From Scyliorhinus canicula (Eukaryota), in assembly GCF_902713615.1 (NCBI RefSeq), contig NC_052157.1, forward strand, positions 47,516,553 to 47,580,552: a stretch of DNA of 64,000 nt. The letters run 5' to 3'. Below the pieces are notes generated by a model. It did not search any database. It saw nothing but the letters and a program-made list of their open reading frames with translations, and had not been told where the DNA came from. How positions within the stretch are numbered: position 1 is the first letter of the stretch; the number at the start of each line of letters is the position of its first letter. This document shows, piece after piece, positions 1 through 12,532 of the stretch. Both the position numbers and the translations under genes were made by a program.

Positions 1-923
1 GCCTGTGGTAGGCAGGGAGGGATGATTAGATCCAGAAACCCCATGCCCTCTTGACAGGGTCTCAGAAGGAAAGGCATCTCCACAGCCTTAACAATAACCT
101 CCTTCCCACCCCCTGGAACGCATTCTGCTCTGTTCCTTCCCTCCACTAAAAACGTTTGATTTATTTTACCTCACTAAGGGCACCTCCATTTTCAGGCATC
201 TTCTAGGTCACCTACCAGCATCAGTAGAGCTCACCTGTCTCTCTGTGGGGCTTTCGAGCTTCTAGAGCTACCAGTCCTCTGATTGGGCCGGCAGCATTGG
301 GAGCCCGCCCAGCAACCTTACTAGGACAGTGAGCGTGGAGGCGGCCAGCCTCTCCTGGGCGAGTTATTGCTCTGCCCTCCCGAGGGATTATGTTGTGCTC
401 CTGAAACCCGCTGGAAAATCCTGCCCCCTCATTCGCCCATCAGATAATCCACCCACAGTAAAATTTGAGTCTTTTTTTCTTTAAAAACCAATTCATAATT
501 CTGGGTGGACAATGCAATGAATGGTTATAATTTTATAGCAAGACTTTTCGTGTTAGTCTCCAAACTTACTGGGGGAAGAAACTGACTTCTTCAGCATTTT
601 AATGACTGTGATCCGCTATTTTTACCCAGGCCTGAGACTGTTTATGCTGTTAGATTGTTAGTGTCTGGGCAGATATATCAAATTCTGAAACAAAGCGTGT
701 TTGGGCAACGTGCTTTGCCAATGAGAAATGGGTGACGAATAAATGCTTTAATTGGAAACTGTTGCCCAGTGAAAGCAGTGCCATGTTTATCAAGGAAAAC
801 ACCATTTCAATTATTGAGTTCAATTCACCGCTTCATTGAATACCTGTAAACTGAACCTGGCATGAGTGATGAAAATGTTCAGCTATCGTTCGAAGGGTTT
901 AGATTCGCATCCTGAGCGATTAC

Positions 924-1045
924 CTGAATGTCGATTGGACTCTCACAGATTTTTCCAGGAAATGCAACTCTCAGGTCTGACAGCTTCTCCCAGTCCCCCG
1001 ATCCTCGCTCGTCGTCCCGATTAAACCAATCAGTCCACTCCACAT
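924..1045 (-). CDS. CEMIP: CEMIP exon, WxxW domain (DVEWTDWFNRDDERGSGDWEKLSDLRVAFPGKICESPIDIQ)
   Basis: The WxxW domain distinguishes CEMIP from CEMIP2. ctgcag|...|gtaatc, 122 nt, phase 1-0. Gene continues left of the window. Confidence 0.95.
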
Positions 1046-1492
1046 CTGCAGCCAAGTAACAATCAAAACATTGGCGGCAGTTACAGCCGGCTCGGCAGCG
1101 GAATGATACAGACTTTAATGGGTGAAACATTACGCCAAGTGTGCTGGACAGCAAGTTGTTGACACGGCTTCCGACTGTATGAATTTCTGCCCCTGATGTA
1201 AGGATTGTTAATCGATGTGTAATATTTACAGAGATTTTGTGTTGCTGCCATTGGTATAGAATCCTGTCGTACCATCAATTCTGGCTCAACTACCTGATAA
1301 TTCAGTGAAACCGAAGCAAAAGTGACATTGGTCTGAAGTGTCACCCTGTGTCACCATCGTGAAACAAACAGGATGTTGGAACATAGGATCAGGAGTAGGC
1401 CATTCAGCCCCTCAAGCCTGTCCCGCCATTTAATGAGGTCAGAGTTGAACTGTGGCCGAACTTCTATCCCAGCCTTTGGTCTCTATCCCTTA

Positions 1493-1795
1493 TAATAACA
1501 ATAATAATCTTTATTGTCACAAGTAGGCTTACATGAACACTGCAATGCAGTTATTGTGAAAAGCCCCGAGTCGCCACATTCTGGTGCCTGTTCGTGTACA
1601 CAGAGGCAGAATTCAGAATGTCCAATTCACCTAACAGCATGTTTTTCAGGACTCATGGGAGGAAACCGGAGCACCCGGAGGAAACCCACGCAGACACAGG
1701 GAGAACATGCAGACTCCGCACAGACAGTGACCCAAGCCGGGAATCGAACCTGGGACCTTGGCGCTGTGAAGCAACAGTGCTAACCACTGTGCTAT
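1493..1795 (-). mobile_element. tRNA-derived SINE with (TTA)n tail (other copies 36333-36576 + and, with a different head, 61586-61762 +)
   Basis: Shared tail gaatgtggcgact...cttttcaca...gcctacttgtgacaataa. Confidence 0.8.
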
Positions 1796-2345
1796 CATTC
1801 TTAATACCTTTGCTTAATAAAAATCTATCTCAGATTTAAAATCACCAGCTGCTGTTTGTGGAAGAGAGTTCTGTACCTCAACCATTCTTTGATGAAGAAC
1901 TGCTTCCTAACATCGCTCCTAGCCCTACTTTTTAGACACTGCCCTCTAATTTTAGGGCGCGACTCGCGTTGAATAAAGGGCCTGAATGGGGAACACGTGG
2001 CAGAGGCTGTACATAGCCCCGTTTTGTGCAGTGTGGAGCTCCACCCACCAGAACTCCGCATTGCAGTGAGAGATCGGGACGCCATTTGTAGATTCCGAGG
2101 CCCCAAAACAATCCCCAACCTCCCCCTCCAGCCTGAAAGCAAAATGGGTGGATCCCTGGCACCCACCGCACCCACCTCCAACACCCACGGCGAGCAACCC
2201 CAGCCTGATTGTTCACGCACAAAAAATGGCAGCTTGGCACCAGCAGGACCAGGGCACCAACCTGCCCAAAGGGCATGTAGCTGGGGGCCTCCAAACCCCT
2301 GGGAGACCTCCACAAGTGCCGTTCCGTCTGGTTGTGGGGACCAGT

Positions 2346-2929
2346 TTTTTTTTCAAAAAAGATACTTTATTCATAAAATCTCTAATAAACGTTACAGAAC
2401 ATTTCGAATTGTCTTGACTGTACATTTCCATCAAAGTTACACATTCACTTGTCTTTCTTCCATTCAATTGGGATGACATTACACACATATCCCTCTTTAC
2501 GTTACAATTCTTTCTTAAATATTTACATTGTCATGTTTCTTTTATACATTGGAGTATTGAAGACCCGGACCGAGGGGATTTACACTGTTACCCACCCCTT
2601 GGTGTACATTTGCTGGTAAGACCTTACACAGTGGTCTTTCCGCATTGCGCCTTGGCGGCAGCTGCCCCAAGCTTGAGTGCGTCCCTCAGCCCGTAGCCCT
2701 GGACCTTGGAATATGCCAGTCTGCAACACTCGGTCGAGGACAATTCTTTGCACTGGAAGATCAGCAAGTTACGGGCAGACCATAGAGCGTCTTTCACCGA
2801 GTTGATGACCTTCCAGCAGCAGTTGATGTTTGTCTCGGTGTGTGTCCCCGGAAACAGTCCGTAGAGTCCTGTGTCACAGAGCTGCTCGGGGTGAACCTTG
2901 ACAAATACCACTGCATCTCTCTCCAGACC
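2346..2929 (-). mobile_element. 5'-truncated Tx1/L1-clade LINE with 16-bp TSD
   Basis: ORF2 end (LYGLFPG...VKDALWSARN), poly(A). TSD ggttgtggggaccagt at 2330-2345 and 2930-2945. Confidence 0.88.
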
Positions 2930-3527
2930 GGTTGTGGGGACCAGTGCTGAACGGCGCTCACCCAAGATCTCCGAAGGTAAGGGGATGAATCCCAAAGCCT
3001 CAGGTACTCGGGAACCTGCACATCAGAGTGAGGCTAACTGTTTCAATCTTATATGCAGATTTGCTCGAGATTCATAAATTCATAAGATATAGGAACCGAA
3101 TTAGGCCATTCGGCCCATCTAGTCTGCTCTGCCATTCTATCATGGCTGATATGTTCCTCATCTGTGATCTATAATGCTACAGACCAAGAGCTGAATTGTG
3201 AAATCAGCCAGAGAAACTCCTCCCCAGAACACATGACCTAGGAGCAAGAGTAGGCAATTTAGACTCCCGAGCCTAACACCCACAACGTGTTCATGGCCGA
3301 TCCCATCCTGGCCTCAACTTCACTGTCCTGACCATTCTCCATAACCCTTCAACCATTACCAATTACAAATCTGTCTAATTCCTCCTTAGAATTACTCACT
3401 GTCCCTGCATCCACCGCTCTCTGGGGTAGCAAATTCCACAGATTCACAACCCTTTGGGGGAAATAGTTTTTCCTCAAATCTGTTTTAAATTTGCTACCTC
3501 TTAGTCTAAGATTATGACCTCTTGTTT

Positions 3528-3866
3528 TAGAATCATAGAATTTACAGTGCAGACGGAAGCCATTCGGCCCATCAAGTCTGCACCGGCCCTTGGAAAGAGC
3601 ACCCTACCCAAGCCAACACCTCCACCCTATGCCCGTAACCCAGCAACCCCACCTAACCTTTTTGGACACTAAGGGCAATTTAGCATGGCCAATCCACCTA
3701 ACCTGCGCATCTTTGGACTGTGGGAGGAAACCGGAGCAACCTGAGGAAACCCATGCAGACAGGGGGAGAATGTGCAGACTCCACACAGACAGTCACCCAA
3801 GCAGGGAATCGAACCTGGGACCCTGGAGCTGCAAAGCCATTGTGCTAACCACTGTGCTACTGTGCC
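3528..3866 (-). mobile_element. HE1-like V-SINE with CR1-type tail (other copies 15206-15500 +, 23425-23745 +, 26728-27073 -, 47688-48127 +, 60458-60781 -)
   Basis: Head tggttagcac...ggttcgattcc, body ggtttcctcccacagtccaaagatg, tail gggccgaatggc...ttctatgattct. Confidence 0.85.
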
Positions 3867-3919
3867 CCACAAGAGAAAGCATCTGCTCCACGTCTACTTT
3901 ATTGTAGACGTGGAGCAGA

Positions 3920-5525
3920 TGCTAATGGAGCTAAAGGTAGATAAATCTCCTGGCCCTGATGGAATGCTTCTCAGGGTCCTAAAAGAGATGGTTAGGGAAA
4001 TTGTAAATGTATTCGTGATAATTTACCAAAATCCACGAGACTCTGGGGTGGTCCCGGCGGATTGGTGTTTTGACACCATTGTTTAAAAAAGGAGGTAGGC
4101 AAAAAATCGGGAAATTATAGGCCAGTTAGCTGAACTTCGGTAGTAGGGAAGATCCTGGAATCTACCATCAAGGAAGAAATAGCGATCCCTCTGGATGGAC
4201 ATTGTCCCACTGGACAGATGCAGCATAGGTTCATAAAGGGCAGGTCGTGCCTAACTAATTTAGTGGAATTTTTTGAGGACATTACCAGTGCGGTAGACAA
4301 CTGGGAGCCAACGGATGTGGTATATCTTGATTTCCAGAAAGCTTTTGACAAGGTGCCACACAAAAGGCTGCTGCATAAGATAATGATGCATAGCATTAAG
4401 GGTAAAGTAGTAGCGTGGATAGAGGATTGATTAATTAATAGAAAGCAAAGAGTGGGGATTAATAGATGTTTCTCTGGTTGGCAATCAGTAGCTAGTGGTG
4501 TCCCTCAGGGATCAGTGTTGGGCCCACAATTGTTCACACTTTGCATAGATGATTTGGAGTTGGGGACCAAGGGCAATGTGTCCAAGTTTGCAGACGACAC
4601 TAAGATGAGTGTTAAAGCAAAAAGTGCAGAGGATACTGGAAGTCTGCAGAGGGATTAGGACAGGTTCAGTGAATGGGCTAGGGTCTGGAAGATGGAATAT
4701 AATGTTGACAAATGTGAGGTTATCCATTTTGGTAGGAATAACAGCAAAAGGGACTATTATTTAAACGATAAAATATTAACACATGCTGCTGTGCAGAGGG
4801 ACCTGGGTGTCCTCGTGCATGTGTCGCAAAAAGTTGGTTTACAGGTGCAACAGGTGATTAAGAAGGCAAATGGAGTTTTGTCCTTCATTGATGGAGGGAT
4901 GGAGTTTAAGACTAGGGAGGTTATGCTGCAACTGTATAAGGTGTTATTGAGGCCACACCTGGAGTATTGTGTTCAGTTTTGGTCTCCTTACCTGAGAAAG
5001 GACGTACTGGCGCTGGAGGGTGAGCAGAGGAGATTCACTAGGTTAATCCCAAAGTTGAGGGGGTTGGATTATGAGGAGAGGTTGAGTAGACTGGGACTGT
5101 ACTTGTTGGAATTTAGAAGGAAGTGGGGGGGGGGGGGGGGATCTTATAGAAACACGTAAAATTATGAAGGGAATAGATGGGATAGATGCAGGAAGGTTGT
5201 TTCTACTGGTGGGTGAAAGCAGAACTAGGGGGCATAGCCTCAAAATCAGGGGAAGTAGATTTAGGACTGAGTTTAGGAGGAACTTCTGAATCTATTGTGA
5301 ATCTATGGAATTCCCATCCAGTGAAGCAGTTGAGGCTCCTTCATCAAATGTTTTCAAGATAAGATAGATCGTTTTTTGAAAAATAAAGGAATAAAGGATT
5401 ATGGTGTTCGGGCGGGAAAGTGGAGCTGAGTCCATAAAAGATCAGCCATGATCTCATTGAATGGCGGAGCAGGCTCGAGGGGCCAGATGGCCTATTCCTG
5501 CTACTAGTTATTATGTTCTTATGAA
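3920..5525 (+). mobile_element. CR1 LINE 3' part
   Basis: KSPGPDG, YLDFQKAFDKV, GVPQGSVLGP, KFADD and RPHLEYCVQFWSP motifs; CR1-type tail. Confidence 0.93.
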
Positions 5526-6565
5526 CTTATTCATATCTTTTAGCATCTTGCGTACCTCGATTTGATCTCCTCTCATTTTTCTAAACTCTAGAGAGTATCG
5601 GCCTAAACTGTTCAATCTCTCCTCATACGACAAACCTTTCATCTCTGGAATCAATACAGTGAACCTCCTCTGATCTGCCTCCAATGCCACTACATCTTTC
5701 CTCTAATAATTCATTGCATTGAATCTCGCGACGCGTTGCGCTGGGTAGAGCCTGGGAGCGGGGTGTCCCGGCTTTCAATGGGCACGCTGCGCTGCGGCGA
5801 GCTGCTTTTTGGGTGCAGCGTGGCCATTGGATCGTGCCCCAAGAATCTCCAACCAGTGGAAATAGTTCGTCTTTATCTACCCCGTCTTTCTCTGTTCTTG
5901 AAGACTTTGATCAGATCACCCTTAACCTTCTAAATTCTAGTGAAAACAGGCTTCATCTGTGTAATTTCTCCTCGTAACTTAACCCCCATGGTGCAGGTAT
6001 CATTTTTATAAAGCTACGTTGCACTCCCTCCGTGGCCAATATATCCTTCCTAAGGTGACCCACCTCAACATTATTCTACACGGGCCACCTAACCACTGGG
6101 GCTGCAATCAGGCCTGCAGTTTCACAGTTTAGCGTGTGATTTCCTGGCAGTTAATTGCTTTAATCCCCTTTATATCAGCTGCAAAAGTTACTAATCAGGC
6201 CAAGGGCTGAATGCCAATCCAGTTGAAAACCAGAGCACATGAGCCTTCAAGTTGTTAAGCTCCCGCAGCCTCGAAACAGCAAGCACAGAATTTTGAGAGA
6301 AAATGGTGCCTCAGGATTTGCAATGCGTTTTGCGTTGTCGGATAACATGAAGCTGAGTGGCATTGAGTTGAATGTGCATCTGTGGAGTTTTAAGTTAATA
6401 ATTGTGTGCACAGTCAGCAGTTTCTTTTTAATCTCTGATTTTTTTTTAACTGAAGGAGTAGTCAAAGGCTGTATTTCCAAACATGACCAGCATTTAAGAT
6501 GAGCTATTTGCGAAGTCAATCTCCATATTCAACTGACACAATGTCCAGTGCTCTCTGATTATAAA

Positions 6566-6805
6566 TGTGGTGACCTGCGTGTAAGCAATATCATAGTTAG
6601 CTGGTGGTGCGACCTCCAACCAGCAGGTGGCGGTACAGACAACCCATGCGGTCTCAAGACAGTGGTCATGTGACAAGGCACTCCAATATAAGTGGGGGCC
6701 ACATCCGGCCATCAGCAGACGGTTATATGACAGTGGACAGTCGTGCCAGGGTAGTTCCAGAGGAATACACGAGACTCAATAAAGATCCTGGTGAGGACAA
6801 GTCAA
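6566..6805 (+). mobile_element. LTR-like fragment of a different family
   Basis: Starts TGTGG, contains AATATAAG and AATAAA, and is cut by a Penelope-like fragment. No similarity to the 10162 LTR. Confidence 0.45.
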
Positions 6806-6950
6806 ATAAGGAGTCTTACAACACCAGGTTAAAGTCCAACAGGTTTGTTTCAAACACTGCTCCTTCCTCAGCTGAATGAAGAGGTAGGTTCCAGAAACAT
6901 ATATACAGACAAAGTCAAAGATGCAAAGACAATGCTTTGAATGTGAGCAT
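6806..6950. mobile_element. Penelope-like element terminal fragment
   Basis: gagtcttacaacaccaggttaaagtccaacaggtttg, recognised from memory as a shark PLE-type repeat. Confidence 0.5.
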
Positions 6951-6959
6951 TCTATCATG

Positions 6960-9900
6960 GCTGATGCAGATGTCTGAGAACCGCACTGCTCATGTACAAT
7001 GACGCACGGAGCGTCAGGACACCGACGTCATGACGTGTTCGAACTGTGGCACCGGCCATTTAAAAAAATACTGCCCTGCAAGAGACTCACACGGTTTAAA
7101 CTGCGGGAACCGAGGCCCTGTGCAGATCTGCACCACAGTCAGGAGCCAGCGCTCCCAATTCCGACGATGGCGCATCTGGAGTGTGCAACAACGCCTACAG
7201 GATTCTGATCCCGGCAGTGCAACGGATCCAAGCACAGTTACGCTTTGAAATTGTTAAGCCAGACAGGGCATCCCTACTTGGTGCACACGCTTGCAAGCAG
7301 CTGAACCTCATTCAAAGGGTTTACATCGCAACATCCTCCCATGTGGATCTTCAGGCCAGCATCGACGACATCCTCGCCCAGTATCCAGATGTGTTCAACG
7401 GGATGGGCACGCTGTTGTATCGATACAAGATTCTGCTACGGCCTAATGCCAAGCCAGTGGCCCACACACCACGACAAATCCCTGCTCCACTGAGAGAGAG
7501 CCTGAAGGCACAGCTCAAGGATCTTCAGCAAAAAGGCATCATATCCAAAGTCACCGAACCGACTGTCTGGGTCAGCTCGATGGTGTGCGTAAAGAAGCCT
7601 TCGGGCGACTTGCGCATCTGCATTGATCCCAAGGATCTCAATAAGAATATCATGCGGGAACACTACCCCATCCCAAACTGGGAGGACCTCACGAGTGAGA
7701 TGGCACACGCGCGCTTCTTCACCAAATTGGATGCATCACAGGGATTTTGGCAAATCCACCTGGAAGAGTCCAGCTCTGCACCTTCATCACGCCTTTTGGC
7801 AGATTATGCTACAATCGCATGCCATTTGGCATCATCTCGGCATTGGAGATATTCCATTGCATCATGGAGCAGATGTTGGAAGGCATTGAAGGGGTTCATG
7901 TGTACATGGACGACATCATCATATGGTCCACGACCCCTGGAGAACATGTGTCCCGTCTCCAGTAGGTATTCCACCCTGTACATGCCAATGGCCTAAAGTT
8001 AAACAGGTCCAAATGTTGTTTTGGCACATCGACGCTCAAGTTCCTTGGCGACCAGATCTCACAGCATGGTGTGTGCCCGGACAGACAAAATCAAGGCCAT
8101 CGAGGCGATGATGGTCCCTGAGGACAAAAAGGCAGTGCTGCGCTTCTTAGGTATGGTCAATATTCTGGGCAAGTTCATTCCAAACATGGCCACACACACC
8201 ACGGCCCTACGCAACCTGGTGAAAAAGTCAACTGCCTTTGAGTGGAAGGTGGCACACCAGACAGAGTGGCTGGAGCTGAAAGCCAAGCTCACCACTGCAC
8301 CAGTCCTGGCATTCTTCGACCCGGACCGGGAGACAAAGATATCCACAGATGCGAGTCAGGATGGCATTGTTGTAGTGTTGCTTCAATGAGATGACACATC
8401 AGCCTGGGCACCAGTAGCCAACGCATCAAGGGCGATGATGCCCACTGAAACCAGATATGCTCAGATTGAGAAGGAGTGCTTGGGTCTTCTCACCGACATC
8501 CTCAAATTTCATGATTATGTCTACGGCCTGCCGACATTCACTGCTGAGACGGATCATAGATCTCTGGTCCATATCATCCACAAGGACCTGAACGACATGA
8601 CGCCTCAGTTGCAGAGAATCCTGCTTAAACTTAGGAGGTATGACTTTAACTTGGTGTACACACCTGGCAAGGAGCTCATCATCGCTGATGCACTGTCCCC
8701 CTCCGTCACCTCGCCCAGTGAGCCGCTGGAGATCATCCAGCACATCGAATCGCAGGTGCAGCTGTGTGCTAGCACTCTCCCGGTGACAGAGGAGAAGGTA
8801 GTTCTCATCCGTGATAAGACAGCCAAAGACCCCGTCTTGCAGCACGTCATCCACATCCTCACCAATGGCTGGCAGAAAGGGCACTGCCCACAATTTTACA
8901 ATGTGAAGGATGACCTGACGGTGATTGATGGTATCCTCCTCAAGCTGGACAGGATTGTCATTCCGCTCAGTCTCCAGAGCTTGGTGCTGCGCCAGATTCA
9001 TAAGAGACACCTGGGCATCGAGAAGTGCAGACGCAGAGCCCGGCAGGCTGTCTACTGGCCCGGCATCAGCCAGGACATCACGAACATGGTCCTGAACTGT
9101 GCTACCTGTCAGCAGTTCCAGCCAGTGCAGAGCAAGGAGATGCTCCAATAGCATGACATAGTGACCACTCTGTGGTCGAAAGTTGGCATCGACCTCTTTC
9201 ATGTGAATGGTCGCGACTACGTATTGATCATCGACTATTTCTCGAATTGCCCTGTTGTGCTGAAGCACCCGGACCTCACCTCTCGGACCGTCATCAAAGC
9301 CTGTAAGGAGACGTCCTCAAGGCATGGCATCCCAATCACTGTCATGAGCGGCAATGGCCCGTGCTTAACCAGTCGAGAATGCTCCACGTTTACCAGGTCA
9401 TACAATTTCCAGCATGTCACCTCCAGTCCGCACTCTCCGCAGTCCAGTGGAAAAGTCGAGAAAGGGGTGCACATTGTGAAACAGCTCATCTGCAAGGACT
9501 CTGCTTTCGACATGCACCTTGCATTGCTCGCATACAGGGCGACTCCATTGTCCACTGGCATGTCGCCGGCTCAACTCCTGATGAACAGGGACCTGCGGAC
9601 GACACATCCAGCCATACACCTGCCCAACCTGGATCACCTCCCGGTTCTGCAGAAGATGCAGCAGCTCAGAGACCGTCAAAAGCAGGGCTATGATGCCCAT
9701 GCCACCGATCTGGCCGTGCTATTCCCGGCAGACACTGTCAGGATCAAGATGCCGGATGGTGGGTGGTCTGCCCCAGTTGTCGTTGTTCGACAGGCTGCGC
9801 CCCGCTCTTATCTTGTACGTATGGCTGATGGCTCCATTTTGCGAAGGAATCGTCTGGCACTGCGCAAAGTTGCCTGCCCGCAACAACTTTCTCCTCCATT

Positions 9901-10533
9901 TCCATATGTTGAATTGCCGCCTCCTGATACCTCACACCACGAGGCCACCAGTCAGGCTTACATCCCGCCTGTCAAGACGCCGTCGTGCCCTCCGCCACCT
10001 CTCCGGCGGTCGACCAGGATCAGACACAAGCCTCAGAGACTGGACTTGTGAACGTTTGTTTTGTTTGCTCTGTTGTGTTGTACTCCGTCAGTCATGTTAG
10101 ACAGACTCATTCACATGTAAATACATTCACATATGCCAACAAAACATTAAAAAAGGGAAGATGTCATGATATGCAAACATGCAGCTAATGAACACATAGA
10201 ATAGGACACGACCAATGACCAGTCAGGATACTCAGGGGTGGTATCTCTCTATAAAAGGGATGAGGCACACACACCCCACCTCTTTCCACAGACCAACATG
10301 TACAGAGTCCGACAGGGTGTATCCTCAGCATCACACCCCAGCACGTGGCTTAGAGCAAGGCTGGTTCAGTTAGACTGAGTTACTACATTTAGATTAGCAG
10401 AGAGTCAGACTCATTGAGAACTGTGCTAATACTTCAATAAAACACATTGAACTCACTTCAAAGTCTGGAGCATCTTTTACTCAAAACTGCATCAAGTGGC
10501 AACTTGTGTTATTCCAAATTACATAACACAACA
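6960..10533 (+). mobile_element. 5'-truncated, decayed Ty3/Gypsy LTR retrotransposon (gag knuckle remnant, RT, RNase H, integrase, PPT, 3' LTR 10162-10533)
   Basis: LRICIDPKDLN, KLDASQGFWQ, YMDD, TDAS, YAQIEKE, TDHRSL, HHCC region, GIDLF and LRRSTR motifs with stops and frameshifts. PPT aaaaaagggaaga precedes a TG...CA LTR containing TATAAAA and AATAAA. Confidence 0.93.
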
Positions 10534-10689
10534 GTGCTGTTCTTGAAATTCACGTCCACACCAGCTGTGAATGACATTAGAATGTCTACCTACCTCAAAC
10601 TAATCTAGTGAAGGTGTTCTGTAAAATGGATGTCCTATGGCAATGGGCTTCCAGGTGATTCCAGGAGGAATTTAGAGAAAAATACGTGT

Positions 10690-11520
10690 TGGGCCTACAG
10701 ATACTGAACCAATCCACGTCCAAGTGCAGCAAGGCCCGGACAATATCCAGGTTTGACAAGTGCAAGACATTCATGCCACACACTGCCAGGCAACGATCAT
10801 CTCCAGAAAAGAGAGGATCTAACCACTGTCTCGTGACATTCAATGGCATTATCATCGCTGAATCCCACACAGTCAACATCCTGTAGTGGACTATCCATGT
10901 AAATACTGTGGCTACCAGAGCAGGTCAAAAAAATAAGAATCCTATGCTGAAAAGCTCACGTTCTGACTCCCCAAAGCCTGTCCACCATCTACAAAGCACA
11001 AGTCAGGAGTGTAAAGGAATACTCTCCACTTGCCTGGATGAGTGCAGCTCCAACAACACTCAAGAAGCTCGACACCATCCAGGACAAAGCAGCCCGCTTG
11101 ATTGCTACCTCTTTCATAAACATTCAATCCCTCCACCACCGATACACAGCGGCAGCCATGTGTACCATCTGCAAGATGCACTGCAGTAAGTCACCAAGGT
11201 TTCTTGGCAGCACCTTCCAAATCCACAGCCACTACCATCTAGAAGGACAAGAGCAGCAGATACCTGTGAACCCCACCACCTATAGGTTCCCCTCCAAGTC
11301 ACTCACCACCCTGACTTGGAAATACTTTGCCATTCCTTCACTATCGCTGGGTCAAAATCTTGAAACTCCCGCCCTAAAAGCACTGTGATTGCATCTACAC
11401 CTCAGGGACTGCAAAGGTTCAAGAAAGCAGCACACCACTGCCTTTTCAAGGGCAATTAGGGATGGGCAACAAATGCTAGCCTGACCACCATTGCCCACAT
11501 CCCATAAACAAATTTAAAAA
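10690..11520 (+). mobile_element. CR1-group LINE 3' fragment (third family; other copies ~23215-23425, 28660-30010 and 62630-64000, all minus)
   Basis: YSPLAWMSAAPTTLKKLDTIQDKAARLI motif shared by the longer copies. Tail gggcaattagggatgggcaa. Confidence 0.75.
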
Positions 11521-11524
11521 ACAT

Positions 11525-12173
11525 GGGCAGGATATTCCCAGCCCTGGGCCAGGCCGGAGAATCCCCGCGAACGGGCCACGCCATCCATGACGCCGGCAGA
11601 GCGGAGAATTGACGCCATTAGCGCCGGTGTGGTTGGCGCGGCACCGGTCGCGGGCCGCTCTACGTGGCCGGCCCACTGATTCTCCGCCCTGAATGGGCCG
11701 AGCAGCCGTAAGAAAAGAGCCAAGTCCCACCGGCACCGTTCTAACCTGCTCAGGGCCGGTGGGACCTCGGCGTGGAAGGGTCGGGTGGTGGCCTGTGGGA
11801 GGGCGAAGGGGGGTCCGACCCTGGGGGGGGGCCTCCGATGTGGCCTGGCCCGCGATCGGGGCCCACCGATCGGTGGGCCGGCCTCTGTGGCTCGGGGCCT
11901 CCTTTCCTACGCGCCGGCCCCTGTAGCCCTGCCCCATGTTGCGTCAGGGCCGGTGCATTGGAGGAGGCCACTGCGCATGTCCTCGTTGGCGCCGGCGCAA
12001 CTGCGCATGCGCAGATCCCGCGGCGCACAGTCCACGCCGGGATCGGCAGCTGGAGCGGTGGCTCCGGCGCCGTGCTGGCCCCCTGTAGGGGCCAGAATTA
12101 GTACTGGAAGCGACCCGTTCACGCCGTCGTAAACGCTGGCATGACTCTGCCGCGGGATTGGAGAATCCCGCCC
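11525..12173. mobile_element. Harbinger-type MITE, TSD CAT
   Basis: Ends GGGCAGGATATTCC / GGAGAATCCCGCCC with CAT on both sides. CpG-rich. Confidence 0.85.
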
Positions 12174-12532
12174 CATGTTCTTGCCTCCAGGTGATCACCC
12201 CGGAAGCAGGTCAACACCAGCAGAAGCTACACACCCGACAGATCACCATCTGTATGATTAACTGTCAGCTGACTGGGGACGGTACCACAGACGGCTCCCC
12301 ACAGAGGGCCAAGTTTGCAGACCACAGCTGATAAATAAGTACCTGATAAAGTTACATACTTGGCTTTCCAGCACTTCAACTGTTGGCTTCTGCCAGACAG
12401 GTAGGACGTATATCAGGAATTTGCATTTTCCTTCTGACCTTAGTGTAAAAAAATACTGGGCGGTCTTCACAAGTTAGTGGAATGAGAACTGACACCGAGT
12501 TGTGAGTAGACAGATCAGAAAGCAACGACGTG

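Larger units (their letters stand above)
1955..5839. mobile_element. Non-autonomous Harbinger-type element split by nested Tx1, CR1 and SINE insertions
   Basis: GGGCGCGA left end and GATCGTGCCC right end. The GC-rich body breaks at about 3074 and resumes at about 5710. The host CR1 fragment resumes after 5840. Confidence 0.6.

Noticed and set aside
879-923. C-terminal extension VIAQDANLNPSNDS* after the WxxW exon
   Set aside because: Begins at a good CAG|gtaatc donor, so it is intron read-through in the ORF track with no evidence of use.
6566-6805. 5' LTR of the Gypsy element
   Set aside because: No similarity to the 3' LTR at 10162-10533 and no shared TSD.
6845-6880. Hammerhead ribozyme in Penelope-like fragments (also ~48330-48365)
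   Set aside because: A CTGAGGA box is present on the minus strand but stem II cannot pair convincingly; the other copy is degenerate.
11476-12198. Clusters of overlapping ORFs in GC-rich islands (also ~22034-22551 and ~52786-53581)
   Set aside because: They fall within TIR/TSD-bounded MITEs and reflect GC content.
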